A stretch of DNA of 64,000 nt from Actinomycetota bacterium (GTDB lineage: Bacteria > Actinomycetota > CADDZG01 > JAHWKV01). A program made the translations under genes and the position numbers. The notes under the pieces were generated by a model, which was not told where the DNA came from, ran no database searches, and saw only the letters and a program-made list of their open reading frames with translations. Below, piece after piece: positions 43,443 to 50,991 of this stretch. The stretch covers positions 17,262 to 81,261 of the forward strand of contig JBQTHR010000032.1 in assembly GCA_052389675.1 (NCBI GenBank). Reading direction: 5' to 3'. Each line of letters begins with the position of its first letter. The stretch's first letter is position 1.

Positions 43443-44264
43443 GTGGGTCCGTTCGAACTCGAATTCATGCGCCGGGCGCTGCTTGCGGCTTTCCTGGTGG
43501 GGATAGCTGCCCCGTCGATCGGGGTTTTTTTGGTCCAGCGACGGCTGGCGTTGATGGGCGACGGCATCGGTCACTTCGCTTTCATGGGAGTGGCCGCCGG
43601 ACTGTTCTTCGGCACCTCGCCGCTGGCCACCGGCATTGTCGCCGCGTCGGCTGCCGGAGCCGGGATAGAACTGCTGCGGGAACGGGGGCGTACCGCCGGC
43701 GATGTCGCCCTTGCGCTTATCTTTTACGGTGGGCTGGCGGGCGGAGCGATCTTCACCTTTAAGTCGGGCCGGTCCAACCAGGTGCTCGGCTACCTGTTCG
43801 GCTCGGTGTTGACGGTGACCGAGTTCGACCTGCTCCTCTTGGCCGGGGCCGCCGCTTGCGTGGTCGCGGTCATGACCCTGTGGCGCAAGGAGTTCTTCGC
43901 CCTGTGCTACGACGAGGAGGTGGCCAGGGTGAGCGGGCTGCCGGTCAGGCAGATGAACTTCGTGCTCGCGGTGTTGGCTGCAGTGACCGTGGGGGTGACC
44001 ATGCGGGTGGTGGGCATCCTGCTCGTCTCGGCCATGCTGGTACTCCCTGTGGCGATTGCCCAGCAACTGGCGGGTAGCTTTCGCCGGACTGTTGCCACCA
44101 GCCTGGGGCTCGGAGCTGGGCTGAGCGTGGGCGGCGTTTTGCTCGCCTTCTACCTGGATACCTCGCCCGGTGCAACCATCGTCCTTTTGACAATCGGAGT
44201 TTTCTTCCTGACGGCCGGGCTGGCCCGCAAGCTTGTACGCAAGCCGGCGGAGGTGGGTCCGTAG
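43443..44264 (+). CDS. znuB: zinc ABC transporter permease
   Basis: About 8 TM helices. The N-terminus FMRRALLAAFLVGIAAPSIGVFLVQRRLALMGD is typical of ZnuB/TroD. Confidence 0.88.
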   Translation: MGPFELEFMRRALLAAFLVGIAAPSIGVFLVQRRLALMGDGIGHFAFMGVAAGLFFGTSPLATGIVAASAAGAGIELLRERGRTAGDVALALIFYGGLAGGAIFTFKSGRSNQVLGYLFGSVLTVTEFDLLLLAGAAACVVAVMTLWRKEFFALCYDEEVARVSGLPVRQMNFVLAVLAAVTVGVTMRVVGILLVSAMLVLPVAIAQQLAGSFRRTVATSLGLGAGLSVGGVLLAFYLDTSPGATIVLLTIGVFFLTAGLARKLVRKPAEVGP

Positions 44265-44266
44265 GG

Positions 44267-45322
44267 TTGCCGACTAGACTGCCTCAAATGCGTGACTTAA
44301 GGCGCCTTCCAAGTGATACTCGACGCGTGGGAGCACGACCACACACCGGGCCACTCGACTTCGGGCCGGCCCATCGGAGCACTGCCGTCCCCGAGTTGAT
44401 CGCTCTGGGCCTGCTCGCGCTTGTCCTTTTGCCGACCCAGTTTCGCTGGTTGCTCGAGAGTCCGGGGATGCGTAACTGGGTCACGGTATTCGTGGCCATA
44501 TTCGTCCAAGCTTTGCCGTTCTTGGTGCTAGGCGTGCTGCTCTCCGGTGGGATAGCTGCCCTCGTTCCCCCCGGCTGGCTTGCCTCCCATCTTCCGAAGA
44601 ACCCGTTGCTGGCGGTTCCAGTGGCCGGCGTTGCCGGGGTTGCCCTACCCGGCTGCGAATGTGGATCGGTGCCCATTGCCGGGAGGCTGATGGCCAGCGG
44701 CGCCCCTCCGGCGGCGGCGACGGCCTTCTTGCTCTCAGCTCCGGCAATCAATCCGGTGGTGCTTGTTGCCACTGCGGTGGCCTTCCAGGGTCAGCCTCAG
44801 TTCGTGGTCGCGCGGTTTGCCGGCTCGCTGGCAACCGCAGTAATCACCGGCTTGATCTGGGCTAAGGTGGGCAAGCCGGTTTTCCACGAGCGAGCGATGC
44901 GCCGGGTGGTGGACGGTGGTTCCCGCTGGGCAACCTTCTCCGGCACCGCCCAGCACGACTTCCTCCACGCCGGAGGCTTCTTGGTCCTCGGAGGGATGAC
45001 CGCAGCCACGCTGCACACTGTGGTCCCCAAATCAGTACTCGACGGGCTGGCCGGTTCCGGCTTCGGCGCGGTGCTCGCGCTGGCTGTTCTGGCGTTCGTC
45101 CTGGCGATCTGCTCCGAGGCGGACGCATTTGTTGCCGCCAGCCTCAGTCAGTTCTCGCCCACTGCCCGGCTGGTGTTCATGGTGGTCGGCCCGGCGGTCG
45201 ACGTTAAGCTGGTTGCCCTGCAGGCCGGTACTTTCGGAAAGTCGTTCGCAATTCGCTTCGCGCCGATCACTTTCGTGGTGGCCATCGCCTGCGGGGTCAT
45301 CGCCGGGAGCCTGCTGCTGTGA
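44267..45322 (+). CDS. permease (DUF318/ArsP_1-like), start uncertain
   Basis: Polytopic, with the motif LPGCECGSVPIAGRL typical of this permease family. It is paired with a TIGR03943-type gene downstream. Confidence 0.72.
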   Translation: MPTRLPQMRDLRRLPSDTRRVGARPHTGPLDFGPAHRSTAVPELIALGLLALVLLPTQFRWLLESPGMRNWVTVFVAIFVQALPFLVLGVLLSGGIAALVPPGWLASHLPKNPLLAVPVAGVAGVALPGCECGSVPIAGRLMASGAPPAAATAFLLSAPAINPVVLVATAVAFQGQPQFVVARFAGSLATAVITGLIWAKVGKPVFHERAMRRVVDGGSRWATFSGTAQHDFLHAGGFLVLGGMTAATLHTVVPKSVLDGLAGSGFGAVLALAVLAFVLAICSEADAFVAASLSQFSPTARLVFMVVGPAVDVKLVALQAGTFGKSFAIRFAPITFVVAIACGVIAGSLLL

Positions 45323-46281
45323 CCCGCCGGTTTTCCTGCCTGCTCACGATCGTTCTCGGCGTGCTCACGTTGAAGGTTGTTTTTTCCGGCGAGTACCTGA
45401 ATTACGTGAGGCCGGGAATGCTGCCCTGGCTGCTTTTATCGGGCGCGGTTCTGATTTTTCTGGGCGTTAGTGGCTGGCTTGCCTGGCGCAAAGATCTGTC
45501 GTCCATGCCTGAGGATCACGGCGATTGCGCTCTGCACCACCATCATCCGCTCTCCCAGGCGTCCTGGCTGCTGCTGCTCCCCGTGGTCGCCGCAGGCCTG
45601 ATCCTTCCCACCCCGCTCGGTTCCTTTGCGGCTGACCGCCAGGCGGTGCGCCCGCCCCGCCCTCCGGCTAAAGTGGCCGACCTGGCCGACCTGGCCGAGC
45701 AGCTGGCGGCGTTGCAACTGGCGGCACCGGCCGGGCTTGCGTCTGTCCCTGACGGCGTAGCCGACCCCGCTGCGGGCGCTGGCGCTGCCGGTTCTACGCA
45801 AAACCCCGCTGGCACGCCCGTTGACCCCGCTGCCGGCGCTGCTAGCGCTGCGCCTCCCGTTTCCGGAGCGCCCGGTGCCACCGATGCGAAGCCGGCGGGC
45901 GACAATCCGGCCGTGCCGGAGATGTCGCTGCTGGACTTCCTGGAGATCACCTACTACGACGAAACCCAGGCGCTGGCTGGAATTCCGGTCCGCTTGGTGG
46001 GCTTTGCGATGCCGGGTCAGGGTCTTGCCAGGGACAGGTTCCTGCTCAGCCGGTTCATGATTTCCTGTTGCGCAGCCGATGCTCAACTCATGCAGGCTGC
46101 GGTTATCGACCCGAAGGAGATCTCGCCGGGCAAGGACGTCTGGGTTGAGGTGACCGGCACCTGGGATCCGGCAGGCGCTGGGGAGACAACCGTGGACGGA
46201 TTCCCGGTTCCGACGTTGGTCGCTTCCCGGATCCAGGTCATCCCGGCCCCCGAGATTCCGTACTTGACCCTTACTCTGTAA
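45319..46281 (+). CDS. TIGR03943/DUF1980-family two-TM protein (partner of the DUF318 permease)
   Basis: GTGA overlap with the permease gene. Two N-terminal TM helices, a His cluster (ALHHHHP) and the C-terminal motif LSRFMISCCAADAQ. Confidence 0.7.
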   Translation: MTRRFSCLLTIVLGVLTLKVVFSGEYLNYVRPGMLPWLLLSGAVLIFLGVSGWLAWRKDLSSMPEDHGDCALHHHHPLSQASWLLLLPVVAAGLILPTPLGSFAADRQAVRPPRPPAKVADLADLAEQLAALQLAAPAGLASVPDGVADPAAGAGAAGSTQNPAGTPVDPAAGAASAAPPVSGAPGATDAKPAGDNPAVPEMSLLDFLEITYYDETQALAGIPVRLVGFAMPGQGLARDRFLLSRFMISCCAADAQLMQAAVIDPKEISPGKDVWVEVTGTWDPAGAGETTVDGFPVPTLVASRIQVIPAPEIPYLTLTL

Positions 46282-46364
46282 CGCAGGCCGGAAGATCTGC
46301 TTAAGCGATCGACTCAATCAGCCGATGATAAGTGGGATGATTCATAGATCGCCCGGGGACGGAG

Positions 46365-46901
46365 TTGACGATGAGCCCTTGCCATCACGTCGAGTTCTAC
46401 GAGTCGGAACCTGCGCTGTTCGAGGGTGTCGCACGCTTCTTGGCCTGCTCCCTAAACGATGGCGGCGCTGCGGTTGTGGTAGCCACCGAGCAGCACCGGG
46501 CCGGCTTCTCGGCCGCCCTCGCCACTTTGGCCGACACCTCCGCCAGTTTCGTCTCGCTGGATGCCCCGGCGACCCTGGACCGGTTCATGGTCCAAGGGCG
46601 GCCGGACCGGCTTCTCTTCCAAGCAGCGGTCGGTGGCCTGATCCAGCAGGTCCTGGCGGACGCGCCATCGGTACGCATCTACGGCGAGATGGTTGCGGTG
46701 CTCTGGGAGCAGGGCAACCCGGGGGCTGCTATCGCGTTGGAGGACCTGTGGAACGAGTTGGGGGAACGCTACCCGTTCGAACTGTTCTGTGCCTACCCCA
46801 TGAGCGCGTTCAATCTCACCCATCGAGCCTCTCTGTTTTGGAAAGTGTGCGACCAGCACACCAGTTTGAACCTCACGTTCGCAGGCGGTGGCGGACCCTA
46901 G
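46365..46901 (+). CDS. MEDS-domain (DcmR-like sensory) protein
   Basis: HHVEFYESEPALFEGVARFL...RIYGEMVAVLWEQGNPGAAIALEDLWNEL...FCAYPMSAF matches the MEDS pattern as I recall it. Confidence 0.6.
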   Translation: MTMSPCHHVEFYESEPALFEGVARFLACSLNDGGAAVVVATEQHRAGFSAALATLADTSASFVSLDAPATLDRFMVQGRPDRLLFQAAVGGLIQQVLADAPSVRIYGEMVAVLWEQGNPGAAIALEDLWNELGERYPFELFCAYPMSAFNLTHRASLFWKVCDQHTSLNLTFAGGGGP

Positions 46902-47012
46902 CTGCGCTGGGACGCACCGCAGCGGTCCGCAGGCAATTCAGCCCGGCTTAGCCGGCATCCCGCCGGATCCCGTTGGTGAGCCGGCCCCTGTAAACAGCCG
47001 GCCAGGACGGTG

Positions 47013-47450
47013 TCAGTGCCGGCAGGCGGCGCAGAGGCCGAACAGGCCTACCGGGCGCTGGTGAAGCTCGAAGCCGAATTTCTCCAGAACCGTCGCTTCC
47101 AGCGGAGCCAGGTGGTCCATTGGCAGTTCCTGGACCTTCCCGCACTTCTCGCAACACAGATGGTGGTGTTGATGGTCGCGCAGGTGATAGACGGTGCTCC
47201 CGTCGGCAAAGTACACCCGGTCCACCACCTCCAGGTCTCGCAGCGTCTCCAGCGTGCGGTAGACCGTGGACACGTCCACGGAAGGGAAGTCTTTTTGGAC
47301 CTGTTGCGCGATAGCGTCGGCTGTGATGTGGCCGTGGCAGTCGACGATTACCCGGATGACCGCTTGCCGGCTCATCGTCCGGCGACCGCCGTTGGCCACT
47401 ATGCGGTCGAGGATCTGCTCGACCCTGGAGCTTGACGAGGTCTGCGCCAA
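47013..47450 (-). CDS. Fur-family metalloregulator (Zur/Nur-like)
   Basis: The winged-helix DVSTVYRTLETL and metal sites HLRDHQHHHLCCEKCG and CAAC are typical of the Fur family. Confidence 0.88.
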   Translation of the reverse strand: MAQTSSSSRVEQILDRIVANGGRRTMSRQAVIRVIVDCHGHITADAIAQQVQKDFPSVDVSTVYRTLETLRDLEVVDRVYFADGSTVYHLRDHQHHHLCCEKCGKVQELPMDHLAPLEATVLEKFGFELHQRPVGLFGLCAACRH

Positions 47451-47531
47451 ACCCGTCCTCCTTTGCTGTTGCTTCCCGGTGTTAATTATTCCTCAGTCCT
47501 GGATGTCAACCCGGGATCCGTCTCTCGGACC

Positions 47532-48272
47532 TTAGATGTGCGACGGATGGAAGCCGAACGGCAGGGCCAGCCGGTTGGCGGACATCAGCTCGGCGTTGCT
47601 CAGGATTTCCGAGGTGGAACCGTCGGCGACAATACTCCCGCCGTTCATCACCAGCGCCCGGGGACACAGTTGCAGAGCGTAGGGCAAATCATGGGTGACC
47701 ATCAGCACCGTGAGGTCCAAAGTCTTGAGAATCTCGGCTAACTCCTCCCGGGCGGCGGGGTCCAAGTTGGAGGACGGCTCGTCGAGCACCAGGATCTCCG
47801 GGTCCATCGCCAGCACGGTGGCCAGGGCCACCCGCCGGCGCTGGCCGAAGCTCAGGTGGTGGGGTACCCGGTCGGTACAGTCCTGCATCCCCACTTGGGC
47901 GAGCGCGGTCTTCACCCTGAGCGCCAGATCCTCGCCCTTGACTCCCAAATTGGCCGGCCCGAAGGCTACGTCTTCGCCCACGGTCGGCATGAATAGCTGG
48001 TCATCGGGATCCTGGAATACGATTCCCACTCTCCGGCGGATCTCCCGGAGGTTCTGCTTTTGCACCGGTAGTCCGCCCACTACCACCGAGCCCCGGCCGG
48101 CGGTGAGTACCCCGTTGAGGTGCAGTACGAAGGTGGTCTTGCCTGCGCCGTTGGGTCCGAGCAGAGCCACCCGCTCGCCCCGGGCTACTGTGAGGCTACA
48201 GCCGAACAGCACCTGGCGCCCGTCGGGGTAGGCGAAACACAAGTCGTCCACCTCCAGCGCGTCGCCGATCAT
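47532..48272 (-). CDS. cbiO: ECF transporter ATPase (CbiO)
   Basis: Walker A GPNGAGKTT, signature LSFGQRRRVALA and Walker B ILVLDEPSS. ATG at 48272 is preferred over the TTG at 48377, which gives an Arg/Pro-rich extension. Confidence 0.85.
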   Translation of the reverse strand: MIGDALEVDDLCFAYPDGRQVLFGCSLTVARGERVALLGPNGAGKTTFVLHLNGVLTAGRGSVVVGGLPVQKQNLREIRRRVGIVFQDPDDQLFMPTVGEDVAFGPANLGVKGEDLALRVKTALAQVGMQDCTDRVPHHLSFGQRRRVALATVLAMDPEILVLDEPSSNLDPAAREELAEILKTLDLTVLMVTHDLPYALQLCPRALVMNGGSIVADGSTSEILSNAELMSANRLALPFGFHPSHI

Positions 48273-48342
48273 CGGGTGAGCAGGACTGCGCGGTGTTCCG
48301 GATGGGCGGGCGCAGGCGCCCGGCCTGCACGGGTGTCGCCGG

Positions 48343-49113
48343 TCATGGCAGGGTAAGCCACGCGGCAGCGGCCACAAGGGCGCTGAGCGCCGGAACCGTT
48401 AGCGTTGCGGCCCACTGGCCCCGTCCGGCCTCCTGCTCGCCCAGCACCGGCAGTGCGCCCGTAAAGCCTCGGGAGACCATCGCCAGATAAACGCGTTCGC
48501 CTCGTTCGTAGGACCGGATGAACAGAGTGCCGGCGGACCAAGCTAGCGCCTTAACCTGCCACGCCCAGCGCGGGTCGTACCCCCGGGACGCCCGGGCGAT
48601 ACGCATTCGACGCATCTGATCAGTCACCACGTCCAGGTAGCGCACCATGAACCCCGCCACCGCCGTGAACGCCTTCGGGAGACGCAACCGGTCCAGGCCC
48701 TTCAGGATCTCAGGAACCGGCGTGCTGGCGGCCAGGATGATTGAGGCTGCTACCCCCAGCGTGCTCTTGGCCAGGATGTTCCACGCTGCCCACAGCCCGT
48801 CGACCGATAACGATGCGCCGGCCACCTCGACCCGCGGACCACCGGCAACCAGGGGCAGGAACAGCGCGAAGGCTACGAAGGGAAGTTCAATGGTCAGCCG
48901 GCGGGCGACGAAGCCCAACGGTACCCGGGCGGTGCGGGCCACCGCCGCCAGAACCAGTGCGTGAGCACCGAACGCCCAGAAGGCCTCCCGAGGGGTGGCC
49001 ACAACCGTGAGAACGAAAAGAACCGTGGCCGCCACCTTGCACTGGGGCTTCAGTCGGTGGATCCGGCTGTTGCCGTGTACGAAAAGCAGGTGGCTGTGGG
49101 CTACTCCGCCCAC
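48343..49113 (-). CDS. cbiQ: ECF transporter transmembrane (T) component (CbiQ)
   Basis: Polytopic, with a conserved ARASRGYDP-type (A-R-G) coupling motif. It sits between the cbiN-like gene and cbiO. Confidence 0.82.
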   Translation of the reverse strand: MGGVAHSHLLFVHGNSRIHRLKPQCKVAATVLFVLTVVATPREAFWAFGAHALVLAAVARTARVPLGFVARRLTIELPFVAFALFLPLVAGGPRVEVAGASLSVDGLWAAWNILAKSTLGVAASIILAASTPVPEILKGLDRLRLPKAFTAVAGFMVRYLDVVTDQMRRMRIARASRGYDPRWAWQVKALAWSAGTLFIRSYERGERVYLAMVSRGFTGALPVLGEQEAGRGQWAATLTVPALSALVAAAAWLTLP

Positions 49114-49114
49114 G

Positions 49115-49429
49115 TTAAGTTGCGGACTTCGAACGGCCGCCCGCTTTCACCGCGGCGAACAGGACCACTCCCAGGCCGAAGGTGATCAGGATCCCGGCCA
49201 CGCCGGCCAGGCCGGTGGCGATATTGGGGTCTTCCACGCCCCGCACCCCGTAATCGGCCAGCGGGCCTTCGGCGAAAGTGTGATCTTCGGCGGCCTCAGC
49301 GAATCCCTGGTCCTCGGCCACCTTTTCCAGCCCATCGGGGGAACTGCTGGCCCGGGGGCCGACGAAGATAACCAATGCCGCGCCGATCAGCAATCCGGCG
49401 ATCACAAACAGCCGGGCGCCCGCCTTCAT
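49115..49429 (-). CDS. PDGLE-domain / CbiN-like small membrane protein
   Basis: Literal SSPDGLEKV motif, two terminal TM helices and a 4-nt overlap with cbiM. Confidence 0.65.
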   Translation of the reverse strand: MKAGARLFVIAGLLIGAALVIFVGPRASSSPDGLEKVAEDQGFAEAAEDHTFAEGPLADYGVRGVEDPNIATGLAGVAGILITFGLGVVLFAAVKAGGRSKSAT

Positions 49430-50118
49430 GCCGTAGCTTTCGGATCGGGGGCGCTGAGCAGTGCTCCCGCGTTGAGGTGGGTAGCCCCGTAGACCAGATC
49501 CGGCCGGACATTTACCACCGCGCTCACCACCGTGGCGGTGATCAACGCCTCACCCACGCCGATCAGCAGATGGGTGCCGACCATTGCCGCCAAGACCCGT
49601 CCGAACGGCAACTGGACCGACCCGCCGAAAGCGAACAGGAGCGCGAAGATCGCCGCGGCGACCGGTACCGAGAGGAAGGCGGCGGTGGCCGAGCCCGCTA
49701 CTACCGAACCCTTGCTCTTGGGCAGGACGCTGGTAACCAGGCGGTAGATGGAGAAGCCGAGCAAGGTTGGCGCCACCGCCAGCAGCAAGACGTTGACCCC
49801 GTAAGCGGTGAGGCCGCCGTCGGCGAAGAGGAGGCCTTGGACCAAAAGCACGATCGCTATGCAGATCATGCCCACCCACGGGCCCACCAGAATCGCCGCC
49901 AGCGCACCCCCGAGAAGGTGCCCGCTGGTGCCCGCGGCAACCGGAAAGTTGAGCATCTGGAGAGCAAAGACGAAGGCGGCCACCAGCCCCGCCATCGGGG
50001 CAAGCCGTTCGGTCAGCTCGAGGGCCGCCTTCTTGAGTCCGATTGCGAGCGTGCCAGCGCTGGCGGCACCTGCCGCAAGCGAGGTTGCGGCGTTGAAGAA
50101 CCCGTCGGGAACATGCAT
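49426..50118 (-). CDS. cbiM: Co/Ni ECF transporter substrate-capture component (CbiM/NikM)
   Basis: The N-terminus MHVPDGF (metal-ligating Met1-His2) is diagnostic. Seven predicted TM helices. Confidence 0.88.
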   Translation of the reverse strand: MHVPDGFFNAATSLAAGAASAGTLAIGLKKAALELTERLAPMAGLVAAFVFALQMLNFPVAAGTSGHLLGGALAAILVGPWVGMICIAIVLLVQGLLFADGGLTAYGVNVLLLAVAPTLLGFSIYRLVTSVLPKSKGSVVAGSATAAFLSVPVAAAIFALLFAFGGSVQLPFGRVLAAMVGTHLLIGVGEALITATVVSAVVNVRPDLVYGATHLNAGALLSAPDPKATA

Positions 50119-50316
50119 CCGCGCCCTCCTCCAGGTGCGTCGATGGGAGCCCGATCTTATCGCATGAGGCTATAACTTGCACCTCAGTCGCATTAGCTCA
50201 TGGGCTGAAACGGAGCTTTTTTGTCGTACCCGAGCCCTAGGGTTTGGGTGCTTTAGGAATTGAACCGGCCTCGGCCGGTCTGTAGAACTAACTGAGTTCC
50301 CCACTTCCCCAAACTG

Positions 50317-50934
50317 TTGGCGAATAGCGCGGAGGTCGGGATGGAATCTGGGGCACTTCAGCGGTGGGCGGAGTCGGCGCGGGCTTCGCGTTCGGAACTG
50401 GGACTACTTGCCCTGCTCGGGTTGGCGGTGGTAGGGGCGGGATTGGTGGTGATCCTGCGCACATCGGATCCGCCTGCTCCGCCGGTGCGGCGGGAGGCGG
50501 CGGTGGACGCACGGCCCAGCCTGCAACCCAGCGCGCAACCCAGCCCGCAGGTGTTCAAGGTGCACGTGGCCGGGCAGGTGGCGCACCCGGGCGTGTACAC
50601 GCTGATCGAGGGGAGCCGTGTGGACGACGCAGTCGCCGCCGCGGGCGGACCGCTACAGGGCGCGGACGGCAACTCATTGAATCTGGCTGCACCAGTGGTG
50701 GATGGACAAAAGATTCTGCTTCTCAAGCCCGGGGAGGCAGTACCTCCGGAACAGCCGGCCTTCCAGGGCCCGGATGGCGGCGGTGGCCCGGGTGTCGGCC
50801 CTGGCAAGATGAACATCAACCTGGCCAGCCAAAAGCAGCTTGAAGAACTTCCGGGTGTGGGACCGGTGCTGGCGGAGCGGATCATCGCATTCCGGCAGAA
50901 CCGTAAGTTTAGCTCGCCCCGCCAGTTGCTTTAG
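50317..50934 (+). CDS. comEA: ComEA-family DNA-binding competence protein
   Basis: TM anchor, SLBB-like segment VHVAGQVAHPGVYTL and C-terminal helix-hairpin-helix INLASQKQLEELPGVGPVLAERII. Confidence 0.85.
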   Translation: MANSAEVGMESGALQRWAESARASRSELGLLALLGLAVVGAGLVVILRTSDPPAPPVRREAAVDARPSLQPSAQPSPQVFKVHVAGQVAHPGVYTLIEGSRVDDAVAAAGGPLQGADGNSLNLAAPVVDGQKILLLKPGEAVPPEQPAFQGPDGGGGPGVGPGKMNINLASQKQLEELPGVGPVLAERIIAFRQNRKFSSPRQLL

Positions 50935-50991
50935 GTGAGCGGCTTCGGTCCGAAGAAGTTCGACGGTCTCAAGGATCTGATAACCGTCTAA

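Noticed and set aside
50119-50316. Cobalamin or NiCo riboswitch upstream of cbiM
   Set aside because: No B12 box (GCCACTG-like) and no NiCo conserved core were found on the minus strand. Only a palindrome and an unrelated GC hairpin (ACCGGCC-TC-GGCCGGT) are present.
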